A DNA stretch of 64,000 bases from positions 29,541-93,540 of the forward strand of contig JAEUHX010000076.1 in assembly GCA_016792805.1 (NCBI GenBank), in the 5' to 3' direction. This document shows positions 1-8,094 of this stretch, in pieces. The notes beneath the pieces were generated by a model that did no database searches, was not told the DNA's origin, and saw only the letters and a list, made by a program, of their open reading frames with translations. The stretch's first letter is position 1, and each line of letters opens with the position of its first letter. The position numbers were made by a program, and so were the translations under genes. Origin of the DNA: Planctomycetota bacterium. GTDB taxonomy: Bacteria; Planctomycetota; UBA1135; JACQFD01.

Positions 1-132
1 CTCGCCTGCGAGGGCGACTTTCGGCAGTGTCGTCGCCATGGCGACGGCGCCGACGCTGTGGATTCCGACGCCTTGGAGGAAGCGGCGCCGCGAAAGCGGC
101 TGCGGCTCCTTGGATTCGTCCTGGGATTTCAT
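1..132 (-). CDS. 5' end of a Tat-exported protein; the gene runs off the left edge
   Basis: The reverse strand from CAT 130-132 reads MKSQDESKEPQPLSRRRFLQGVGIHSVGAVAMATTLPKVALAGE. This has an S-R-R-x-F-L twin-arginine motif followed by a hydrophobic stretch. Only 44 codons lie in the window, so it is absent from the ORF track. Confidence 0.45.
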   Translation of the reverse strand, partial: MKSQDESKEPQPLSRRRFLQGVGIHSVGAVAMATTLPKVALAGE

Positions 133-309
133 GGGACGGCTCGGGGGCAGGGTATTGGCGGGCGGTGTAACGGTGCCGCATCGCGCATCCGATCGGGGGC
201 GCGATTGGGAGACGAGGATACGCCTGTGTACGCGGGGAGGCGAGCCGCTCATGAGCTTTGCTGGCGACACCTCTCCAACGTGGCTTGGTTCGTGGCAGAT
301 CAATCGGAT

Positions 310-333
310 GGAACCCGCACCACGCCGGGCGTC
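310..333 (+). promoter_or_regulatory. Candidate ECF-sigma-type promoter (GGAAC-N16-GTC)
   Basis: GGAAC lies at 310-314, followed by a 16-nt spacer and GTC at 331-333 (CGTC at 330-333). It is about 95 nt upstream of ATG 431. It sits in the divergent intergenic region between the Tat-signal gene and protease 1. Confidence 0.3.
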
Positions 334-430
334 CGTCTGCAGTAGGCTTCGATTCCAAGCTGCTTCCCCGCGCCCGCTCGTCCCCGACGCTCACTCGCTC
401 TCGCTTCTGGTGTCTTTCCCGGTGACAGGA

Positions 431-3343
431 ATGCCCCAACCCTCCTCCTCGCTCTCCGCGCTTCTTCTCCTTTCTGCTGTCTCGTTTGCCCAGGAAACTC
501 CTGGACCGCGCCACGGGGTGCTGCCGGAAAACCCGGCGACCCAGCGGTTCTTACTCCAGAGTCATCCGTCATTGCGCGCATTGCGTGCCCACGGGGGAGC
601 CTGGACGGCCCATTTCGATGAGAAGAGCGGCGCACCTCGGCTTGTGACCGGAACCGGACTCGACACGGGGACGGGGCCCATCGCGACGATCGAGGAGGCG
701 CGCGGCGTGGCCGACCGCCTTCTCGCGGAGCTGGCCGATGTGTGGGGAGTGCCGCTTTCGTCGCTCAGCTTCCTGCGGGCCGACAAGGCTGGGCCGATCT
801 ACTTGTTCTCGTGGCAGCAACAATTCCAGGGGCTCGATGTGTTCGGCGCCACGGTGCAGCTCCAGATCCATGAGGCGGGGCGGCTTGCGGCTCTGTCGAA
901 TACCACAGTTGCGATTCCCGATGGATTCACGCGCTCGCCGAAGCTGACGCCGGCGCAGGCGGCCGCGGCCGTGGCGGCCAACAAGCTGCTCGCGACCGGA
1001 GATTCGGTCGATGCTGTCGATTTTGTGGTTTTCCCCAAGGCGGAGAACCGCACCGCCACGCCCAAGCTGGCGTTCGAAGTGGTCGTGGAGCAGGCATCCC
1101 AAGAGGTCTTCGAGATCGTGTTCGTCGATGCGAACGACGGCTCGATCCTCGAGGTCCGTCCAGGACGTTACCATTTCGACGTGAAGGGAAAAGTGACCGG
1201 CACGGCGAACTCGGCGCTGAGCGGGCTCGCGGCTCCCGTTCCTGGAGTGCCGCTGCCGGGCGTGACCGTATCGGTGTCCGGCGTGGGGACGGCGATCACT
1301 GACGAAAATGGCGACTACACCGTCGTCACGGCCCAGCCGGGGCCTTTCACCGTTTCGGCGACGCTCAATGGGCCGACGTTCAATGTGAATAATGCTGCCG
1401 GCAGCGACATGACGGCGTCGACCACGAGCGTCGCAGGTCCCGGTTTTCAGGTCGCCGACTTGGCGTTCAATCCGTCGCCGACGGAATTTGGGACGGCGCA
1501 GACGACAGCAGCCTATCACCATGATGTGGTATTCGATTGGATCCAGTCGAAGCTTCCGACCTATGCGGGATTTGCTTCGCAAGTCACCAATGTGAATGTG
1601 AATGCGACCTGCAATGCGAGCTTCGACCCGAACTCGAACGCGATGAACTTCTATCGCGCAGGCGGAAGCTGTTCCAACACGGCCTTCAGCACGATCATTT
1701 ATCACGAGTTCGGCCACGGCGTGGATGACTACTTTACCGGCATCGACGACGGCGGACTCTCCGAAGGCTACGGCGATATTGTTGCTATGTACCTGACGGG
1801 ACAGGCCCTCGTCGGCACCGGGTTCTCGACTTCCGGGAGCGGGATTCGGACCGGAGAGAACAATACGACGTGGCCCGCTTCGGGCTGCAGCGGGCAAGTG
1901 CATTGCCTCGGCGAGACCTGGATGGGCTACGCCTGGCAGCTCCGCAAGCGATTGGTGACTTCGATGGGGAGCGTCGCGGGGCCGCTGCAGGCGGAGACCG
2001 TGGTGATCGGCACCTTCCTCGTGAATAACTTGTCGATCCCTGCCGCGGTCACGCAGACCTTCATTTTCGATGACAACGACGGGAATGTCAGCAACGGCAC
2101 ACCTCACTATTCCGATCTCGCAGCCGCCGCCGCACAGAAGGGGTTTACTCCTCCCGAGGTCGTGACGATGACGGCCTCCCACGTGCCGCATCCCGACACC
2201 TTCAATCAGACGCAGCCCTATGTGATTGAGGTAACGGTGGCTCCGGTTGGCGCCGCCAGCGTCGCAAGTGTCACCCTCGACTGGAAGATCGATGGCGGAC
2301 TCTTCTACCTGCCGGTGGGCATGACGCCGACGGGCGAGCCGAATCGGTACCGCGCAGAAATCCCGGCGGTCGTTGGGCCGGCCGTTGTCTGCTACCGATT
2401 CCGGGCCACGGATGGAAGTTCGAATCTGCTTACAGTTCCGAAGGGCGACGATTCATACAAATTCGCGGTCGGCAAGCGGTCGAACCTGTTTATCGACAAC
2501 CTCGAGTCGGGCGCTCCGGGCTGGGTCCATGCTCAGATCTCGCAGCAAGATGACTGGAACCTCGGCGATCCGCAGACGCTCGGGACCAATCAGTACGACC
2601 CGCTGACGCCCTACTCGGGCATCCGATGCTGGGGCAACGACCTGCAGATCACGTCCACCAATCAGAATGGGCTCTACCAGCCGAATGCACACAACTATCT
2701 CGAGACGCCGAACATCAATGCCTCGGGAAAGACGGGTGTGCGCCTGCGATATCGCCGCTGGCTGACGATCGAAAAGAGCCAATTCGACATTGGCACGATC
2801 ACGGTCAATGGTGCGCAAGTGTACAAGAATCCGACCTCGGTCGATCTCATCGACGATGCGTGGACGCTCCAGGATCATCCGATGTCGATGGCCAATAATA
2901 ACGCTGCATTCAAGGTGCGCTGGACGCTCGATGCCGACGGCGGACTCCAATACGGCGGCTGGACGCTCGACGACGTGGAGGTCTACGCACTGGAGGCGAC
3001 ACCCGTGCTGAATCTCAATATTACTCCCAGCAGCGCGACGCCGCTCATTGGCAACGTTCTGACGTTCAGCTTCAACGGGACCCCGGGGGCCGGCTGGGAG
3101 CTGTACGTTTCCACCGGCGATGGTCCGGAGCCGCTGCCGGGCGTCGGCATGGTCTCCCTCGACTTGGCCAACGCCGCCTTCTTCGCGGCGGCGGTGCTGC
3201 CGGGCTCGGGCACCGATTCCCTCCCACTTCCGATTCCCTATGAGCCGGCGCTGATCGGCCTCACCTTCTACTGGCAGGGCGCCGCCACCATGGCGGGCGC
3301 GCTGCCGCAGATCAGCAACGGGTTCCAGACCACCTTCCAATGA
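431..3343 (+). CDS. Secreted multidomain zinc metalloprotease (thermolysin/fungalysin-like gluzincin), paralog 1
   Basis: A signal peptide MPQPSSSLSALLLLSAVSFAQE starts at ATG 431; the track start at 38 is an Arg-rich upstream extension. An FTP/PepSY-like propeptide block is present (WQQQFQGLDVFGATVQLQIHEAGRL). The zinc motif is HEFGHGVDD...GLSEGYGDI. There is a CarboxypepD_reg-like unit (VTVSVSGVGTAITDENGDYTV) and a jelly-roll MAM/LamG-like region (FIDNLESGAPGWVH...WTLDDVEVY). The protein ends in a recurrent C-terminal domain. Confidence 0.85.
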   Translation: MPQPSSSLSALLLLSAVSFAQETPGPRHGVLPENPATQRFLLQSHPSLRALRAHGGAWTAHFDEKSGAPRLVTGTGLDTGTGPIATIEEARGVADRLLAELADVWGVPLSSLSFLRADKAGPIYLFSWQQQFQGLDVFGATVQLQIHEAGRLAALSNTTVAIPDGFTRSPKLTPAQAAAAVAANKLLATGDSVDAVDFVVFPKAENRTATPKLAFEVVVEQASQEVFEIVFVDANDGSILEVRPGRYHFDVKGKVTGTANSALSGLAAPVPGVPLPGVTVSVSGVGTAITDENGDYTVVTAQPGPFTVSATLNGPTFNVNNAAGSDMTASTTSVAGPGFQVADLAFNPSPTEFGTAQTTAAYHHDVVFDWIQSKLPTYAGFASQVTNVNVNATCNASFDPNSNAMNFYRAGGSCSNTAFSTIIYHEFGHGVDDYFTGIDDGGLSEGYGDIVAMYLTGQALVGTGFSTSGSGIRTGENNTTWPASGCSGQVHCLGETWMGYAWQLRKRLVTSMGSVAGPLQAETVVIGTFLVNNLSIPAAVTQTFIFDDNDGNVSNGTPHYSDLAAAAAQKGFTPPEVVTMTASHVPHPDTFNQTQPYVIEVTVAPVGAASVASVTLDWKIDGGLFYLPVGMTPTGEPNRYRAEIPAVVGPAVVCYRFRATDGSSNLLTVPKGDDSYKFAVGKRSNLFIDNLESGAPGWVHAQISQQDDWNLGDPQTLGTNQYDPLTPYSGIRCWGNDLQITSTNQNGLYQPNAHNYLETPNINASGKTGVRLRYRRWLTIEKSQFDIGTITVNGAQVYKNPTSVDLIDDAWTLQDHPMSMANNNAAFKVRWTLDADGGLQYGGWTLDDVEVYALEATPVLNLNITPSSATPLIGNVLTFSFNGTPGAGWELYVSTGDGPEPLPGVGMVSLDLANAAFFAAAVLPGSGTDSLPLPIPYEPALIGLTFYWQGAATMAGALPQISNGFQTTFQ

Positions 3344-3372
3344 GCCGCTAGAACCCAGCCTGGAATCGACCC

Positions 3373-3411
3373 GGCATGAGCGCGGAGACCCCGCGCTCAT
3401 GCCATTTTCTC
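3373..3411 (+). terminator. Rho-independent terminator between the two protease paralogs
   Basis: A perfect 13-bp stem ggcatgagcgcgg/ccgcgctcatgcc (3373-3385 and 3391-3403) encloses the loop agacc and is followed by attttctc. The hairpin overlaps the ATG the ORF track used at 3376, which argues against that start. Confidence 0.7.
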
Positions 3412-3489
3412 GGGCGGTTCGTCGGGCTGCGGATGAAAGGGGTATCGTCGGACGCAGCTGACCCGATCGCGCCACTCTGGGCATTGCCC

Positions 3490-6345
3490 ATGGTTCGCTC
3501 CTCCGTGATTGTTCCCCTTTTCGTCGCGTTGCTGTCGGTGCCCTCGGGCCCGTGGGCCCATGGGCTCGATCCCGCTGGGCGCAATGGGGCGGAGAGGCGC
3601 GTCGACGCGATCTCGAAGCGCAGTGGCGGTGGCTGGAGGATCCGTTGGGACGGCGGACGGCCTGCCTTCGCCAGCGGCGGAAGCTGGCTTTTGGCGCCTG
3701 GGGGTATCGGGAGCGAGTCCGAAGCGCTCGCAATTGCGGCGTCGCTACTCCAAGAAGTGCCCGAGCTGTGCGCATGCGGTGCGGCGCTTCTCGATGGACC
3801 GCGCATCGTGGGGACCGGGCCGCTCTATGTGCTCGAGTTCGGGGAGCGCTGGGCCGGTCTCGAAGTTGTCGGCGCGCGTCTCCAGCTTCAGCTCCACCGC
3901 TCGGGGCGGCTCGTGGCATGGAGCGACACGACGCTGGCGATTCCCGAGGGATTCCCGCGGCGGCCCTCGCTCACGCCGGCCGAGGCGCAGGAGGCGGCAC
4001 AACAGTTAGCAGGCGGCGGCCAGGCCGAAGTGCGCGATTTCGTCGTCGGCGCGGCGATCGAGCGTGGAATCGCAGAGCCGCGCCTCGCTTATGTGACAGC
4101 CGTTTCCGGAGTTGCCGGAGGCGAGCGCGAGATTTGGACGATCGACGCGTGCAGCGGCGCACGATTGAGCGCCGCACCCGAGGACTTTCACGCGGCCGAC
4201 ATCCGCGGAACGGTGACCGGAACGCTCAACCCCGCGTTGAGCGGCGCGGCGCCGCCCGTCCCCAATATTCCGATCTCGGGCGTGACCGTTTCCGTCGCGG
4301 GGATCGGCTCGGCGATCACCGATTTCGACGGGAACTTCATAATTCCAACGGCGGTGCAGCAGCCGCAATTCGTGAAGGTCACGCTCGACGGCCCAAGCTT
4401 CGATATCGACTCCGCCACGGGCGACTTCACGGCATCGAAGCAGTCGACGCCGAGCGGCACCGACCAGGTGGTGCTGCTCGAACTCAATAAAATCCCGCAA
4501 GACTTGGTGACGCCGCAGCTCAACGCCGCAGTCCTCCATCGCGTGGCCGATGAATATGTGCGCTCCCGAATCGGAGGATTTGTGGGTTTTCCGGCGCAGG
4601 TCGTGGCCGTCAACCTGCCGATCGGGTGCCTCGCGTCCTACAACCCCTCGAGCAAGTCGCTTCAGTTCGGCGGCGAGCTGTCGGGATGTGTGAATTTCGC
4701 CTTCTCGACGATCCTGTTCCACGAGTTCGGCCACAGCGTCGATGATTTCTACGGCGGAATCCAAGCGCCCGAGCTGTCGGAGGCTCTGGGGGATGTCCTA
4801 GCCACTTATCTCACTCATCAGCCGGTGATCGGCGAGGGCGCTTCGGGCTCTCCGGGCGGGCTGCGGAGCGTCGAGAACGCGGCCCAGTGGCCCGGTGCGA
4901 GCTGCGGAGGTGATCCTTACTGTTTGAGTCAGCCCTTCGCAGGCTTTGCATGGGAGGTGCGCAAGCGGGCGGTGGCATCGCTCGGCGACGCAGCGGGGGT
5001 CGCGCTCGCGGAGAGGCTGCTGCTCGGCACATTCCCGGCGAACAACACGGCGATTCCGGACGCGCTCGTTCAAGTTTTCCTGCTGGACGATGACGACGGG
5101 ATTCTGTCCAACGGCACGCCCCATTATGCACTCTTGTCGGCGGCGGCGTCAGCGAAGGGATTCGCACCGCCTCCGATTGCTACAGTAAGTGTCAGCCATT
5201 TGCCGCATCCGGACACCTGGAATCAGACTCAGCCGTTCACGATTCTCGCGAATGTGGGTTCCTTGACGGGCTCTGCACCGACGTCGGTCTCTCTCGAATG
5301 GTGGGCCGACGGAATCCCGTTTCCGGCGCTCACGGCGATGCTCCCGGACGCGAATGGTACTTATCGAGCGCAGATCCCGGCACTGCAGGCTCCGATCGTG
5401 GTGAGCTATCGGTTTCGAATTGTGGATTCACTGGGGTTGGCCTGGGAGATTCCTCCCGCGGGGAATGCGTATTCGTTTGCCGTCGGAAAGAAGACAATCG
5501 TTCTGCAGAGCGATTTCGAGAGCGGTCCCGCCGGTTGGCAGCATGCGGCACTCGTCGGCAACGATTCTTGGCAGCTCGGCACGCCGCTCGGCGGCTCGCA
5601 GCTCGATCCGACGTTCGCGGCGGAGGGAGCCGCGTGCTTCGGCAATGACCTCGGCGCCGGCGCGAGCGGCGATGGGCTGTATGATTCGGGCGAAGTGAGC
5701 TATCTCGAGTCGCCGCCTTTCTCGGCGGGCTCAAGCAGCAATCTTCGTGTTCGGTTCCGGCGCTGGCTCACGGTGGAAAAGGGCTCGAAAGACCAGGCGA
5801 CGCTTTCCGTCGGCGGCGCGACGCTCTTTATGAATCCGTCGGCGAATGACATTCTGGACACGGAGTGGACTTATCAGGATCTGGCGCTGCCCTCGGGCCT
5901 TCCGCCGCAAGCGCGGCTGCGATTCACGCTGGCGGCCGATGGAGACGGACAGCTCGGCGGCTGGAACATTGACGACGTGGAGGTCTATCGCCTGGAGCCG
6001 ATTCCACAGATCGCGATTCACGTCGGCTCCGCGACCACGGCTCCGCCGCTCAATTCGGTTGTCACGGTCGATCTCACAGGAACGTTGGGCGCGTCTTGGA
6101 ATCTGTATGCTTCGGCGACGTACGGCGCGGTCTCGCTGCCGGGGTTCGGAGTGGTGGAGGTGGGGGAGCCGGTGGCGCCGGTCGGCGGCGGTCAGATCCC
6201 GGCAACGGGCGGGTCGCAATTCGCGTTTTTTGTACCGTTTCATCCAGCGCTGATCGGTCTGAAGACATGGTGGGTGGCCGGAGCCGTGACGACCGGCGCC
6301 TCGCTCCCGCAGATCAGTAATGTGCTGGAGCTGACGTTCCAGTAG
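3490..6345 (+). CDS. Secreted multidomain zinc metalloprotease, paralog 2
   Basis: It aligns by eye with 431..3343 along its whole length. A signal peptide MVRSSVIVPLFVALLSVPSG starts at ATG 3490. The zinc motif is HEFGHSVDD...ELSEALGDV. It has the same jelly-roll region and the same C-terminal tail (..PALIGLKTWWVAGAVTTGASLPQISNVLELTFQ). Confidence 0.85.
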   Translation: MVRSSVIVPLFVALLSVPSGPWAHGLDPAGRNGAERRVDAISKRSGGGWRIRWDGGRPAFASGGSWLLAPGGIGSESEALAIAASLLQEVPELCACGAALLDGPRIVGTGPLYVLEFGERWAGLEVVGARLQLQLHRSGRLVAWSDTTLAIPEGFPRRPSLTPAEAQEAAQQLAGGGQAEVRDFVVGAAIERGIAEPRLAYVTAVSGVAGGEREIWTIDACSGARLSAAPEDFHAADIRGTVTGTLNPALSGAAPPVPNIPISGVTVSVAGIGSAITDFDGNFIIPTAVQQPQFVKVTLDGPSFDIDSATGDFTASKQSTPSGTDQVVLLELNKIPQDLVTPQLNAAVLHRVADEYVRSRIGGFVGFPAQVVAVNLPIGCLASYNPSSKSLQFGGELSGCVNFAFSTILFHEFGHSVDDFYGGIQAPELSEALGDVLATYLTHQPVIGEGASGSPGGLRSVENAAQWPGASCGGDPYCLSQPFAGFAWEVRKRAVASLGDAAGVALAERLLLGTFPANNTAIPDALVQVFLLDDDDGILSNGTPHYALLSAAASAKGFAPPPIATVSVSHLPHPDTWNQTQPFTILANVGSLTGSAPTSVSLEWWADGIPFPALTAMLPDANGTYRAQIPALQAPIVVSYRFRIVDSLGLAWEIPPAGNAYSFAVGKKTIVLQSDFESGPAGWQHAALVGNDSWQLGTPLGGSQLDPTFAAEGAACFGNDLGAGASGDGLYDSGEVSYLESPPFSAGSSSNLRVRFRRWLTVEKGSKDQATLSVGGATLFMNPSANDILDTEWTYQDLALPSGLPPQARLRFTLAADGDGQLGGWNIDDVEVYRLEPIPQIAIHVGSATTAPPLNSVVTVDLTGTLGASWNLYASATYGAVSLPGFGVVEVGEPVAPVGGGQIPATGGSQFAFFVPFHPALIGLKTWWVAGAVTTGASLPQISNVLELTFQ

Positions 6346-6376
6346 AGAGACGCACGCGGACGAACCCGCAGCAATA

Positions 6377-6440
6377 GATAAGTGGGGTTAGCGCGTGCGA
6401 CTTCTTCTTGGCGGATAAGTGGGGTCGGCGCGTGCGCCGA
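6377..6440. repeat. Two direct copies of a short repeat at 37-bp period (gataagtggggtNNgcgcgtgcg)
   Basis: The copies are gataagtggggttagcgcgtgcga (6377-6400) and gataagtggggtcggcgcgtgcgccga (6414-6440). The reverse complement of the same unit recurs at 49396-49563. Confidence 0.7.
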
Positions 6441-6468
6441 CCGGTGTGAGCGCGCGTGCGCGCGTGGC

Positions 6469-6918
6469 TAGCGAGTTGTGACTCGGGAAGAATGGGGCGT
6501 GGTCCGTCTTGGCGCGGCAGCGAACAGTCCAAGAGGCCATTCCAGGACTCCTCCGAGCTGCGCGCGGGACTCGGCGCCCAGCGCGGCGTTGCGCGGCCTC
6601 GGCGTAGCTTCTCGCTACGCCTGCGGCGCGCGCTTTGCGCTGAGCGCCGACTCCTCGCGCTCGCTCTGCGGAGGAATCCTGTCATGGCCTCCCGACGCTC
6701 GGCGGCCCAGTGGCTGCGCAGAATCCGACCGGCGCTTCGCGCCCGTCGGATTCTGCGCGCGCCATGGCCTCGCGTCTGCGGAACTCGCCGCGCCAAGACC
6801 GACCCACGCCCCATTCCAAGCCGTCCCTCATTGGTGAAGCCGAAAGTGTAAGTTCCTCCGTAGGGCGCGGGCATCGCCCGCGACGATCGCGCGCGCGCTT
6901 GCGCGCGCGGATGAAGAA
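6469..6918. repeat. MITE-like nested-palindrome intergenic repeat, copy 1
   Basis: Three blocks recur at 48921-49329. Block 6481-6543 matches 48933-48995 with 2 mismatches in 63 bp. Block 6693-6827 matches 49067-49201 with 2 mismatches in 135 bp. Block 6858-6918 matches 49269-49329 with 1 mismatch in 61 bp. There are inverted repeats of about 30 bp (6490-6518 versus 6787-6816). A central near-perfect 43-bp palindrome lies at 6716-6758 (gcgcagaatccgaccggcgc ttc gcgcccgtcggattctgcgc). Confidence 0.8.
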
Positions 6919-6986
6919 AGGAGTGGGGGAGCGGCGCAAAGCGTTTGAGTTCCCGCGCGGCTCGCCTGATGTGGGAGGCCAACTCC

Positions 6987-8087
6987 TTATAGAAATTCTC
7001 CGCCCACGCGTGTGGCGAACCAGAGGACGCCGGCAAGTGCAATGATCGCGGAGCCGCCGAGAACGGCGAATCGCCGGTAGGTTGACGCGGAGCGCGCGCG
7101 CCAGGCAAGGAGCAAAGGCATGGCAATGGCGATTGCAATCGCCTGGGCGGCCTCGACGCCAAGATTGAAAGATGCCAAACAAATCGCGCGCGCTCCGGCG
7201 GGAAGGCCGGATTCGGCGAGGGCGCCCGCGAATCCGAGCCCATGGATCAGCCCGAAGCCCGCAGCCGTCCACACGCGGCCAACGGACTCTTTGCGCACAC
7301 AATTTTCGATCCCCACATAAACCACGCTGGCGGCAATGGCGGGTTCGACCATAGAGGCGGGGAGCGAAATCCAGCCGAGCGCAGCGAGAGCGAGCGTGAT
7401 GGAGTGGGCCGCGGTGAAGCCCGTGGAGATGAGGAGCGCTTCCCGGACGCGGCGCGCAGCCAGGAGGAGCGCCGCGAGAAACAACAGATGGTCATACCCC
7501 GTGAAGACGTGCTCCATCCCAAGCAGCCCATAATCGAACGCCGAACGGATGAGCGATTCGGCTCCCGGTTCGAGCTCGCGATCGAAAACGGAGTCTGCCC
7601 GGAACAGGAAGGGATCGTCCACGGCACCATAGCGAATACGCCCCAAGCCCTGGTGGCGGGGGTCGTGCTGTCGCAGCGGGCGATATGTGATGCGCAGCCG
7701 CTTGGGCGGTTCCGGCGCCGTCCAGCTCAATCGCAGCACGAGGTCCTCGGGAAACTCCGCGGTGGAGGGCGCCGTTTCGAATGCTTCGAGAGAGGAATCG
7801 AGGGAGCGCCCGTCGGCCTCCACAGAGATCCCGGGGAGAAAGAGCGATTCCAATCCGAAGCGCTGACTCAACACATCTTCGTGGCGCGGGCGCGGCCTCG
7901 GCGATCCGGGCTCAAGATCACGCAGCGCGTAGAAATCAACAAATCCTACGAGGTCGGAGACCTTCATCCGCGTCTCAAGGCGAATGGCGGTCTCCGAAAT
8001 GGTGAAGACGGGATACGAGATCGTATCGGTGTGCGCTGGCGCGTGGATCGCCACGAGCGCGAGCAACGCCAAGGTGAGCAGAGCCAC
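6987..8087 (-). CDS. HupE/UreJ-family membrane protein
   Basis: The signal peptide is MALLTLALLALVAIHAPAHT. The motif GYDHLLFLAALLL and multi-TM C-terminal half (GLIHGLGFAGALAESG) are typical of the HupE/UreJ_2 family. It starts 7 nt downstream of the FG-GAP gene stop. Confidence 0.75.
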   Translation of the reverse strand: MALLTLALLALVAIHAPAHTDTISYPVFTISETAIRLETRMKVSDLVGFVDFYALRDLEPGSPRPRPRHEDVLSQRFGLESLFLPGISVEADGRSLDSSLEAFETAPSTAEFPEDLVLRLSWTAPEPPKRLRITYRPLRQHDPRHQGLGRIRYGAVDDPFLFRADSVFDRELEPGAESLIRSAFDYGLLGMEHVFTGYDHLLFLAALLLAARRVREALLISTGFTAAHSITLALAALGWISLPASMVEPAIAASVVYVGIENCVRKESVGRVWTAAGFGLIHGLGFAGALAESGLPAGARAICLASFNLGVEAAQAIAIAIAMPLLLAWRARSASTYRRFAVLGGSAIIALAGVLWFATRVGGEFL

Positions 8088-8094
8088 TGAGACG

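Noticed and set aside
38-430. N-terminal extensions of track ORFs: 38-430, 3376-3489, 9583-10077(-), 16328-16567, 20882-21286(-), 37428-38066(-), 39193-39945, 42106-42348, 46655-46846 and 60938-61348(-).
   Set aside because: The extensions are Arg-rich, overlap neighbouring genes or a terminator hairpin (3373-3411), and precede obvious signal peptides or conserved N-termini. I therefore moved starts to internal ATG/GTG codons.
569-2191. Long antisense or alternative-frame ORFs throughout the track. Examples are 569..2191(-), 2453..3919(-), 22424..23551(+), 24761..26353(+), 36015..37556(+), 37511..38932(+), 56807..57619(-) and 57375..58295(-).
   Set aside because: Their translations are Arg/Ala/Gly/Pro-rich low-complexity strings with no motifs. 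They lie opposite or out of frame to genes with clear family signatures. This is the usual stop-codon depletion of high-GC DNA.
6456-6851. ORFs spanning the repeat loci, which give 'conserved proteins' at both sites. Examples are 6456..6851 and 6710..7045 versus 48890..49483 and 49138..49425.
   Set aside because: The conservation is at the DNA level. Both strands and several frames are open, and the sequence is built of palindromes and inverted repeats. This is best explained as a non-coding structured repeat.
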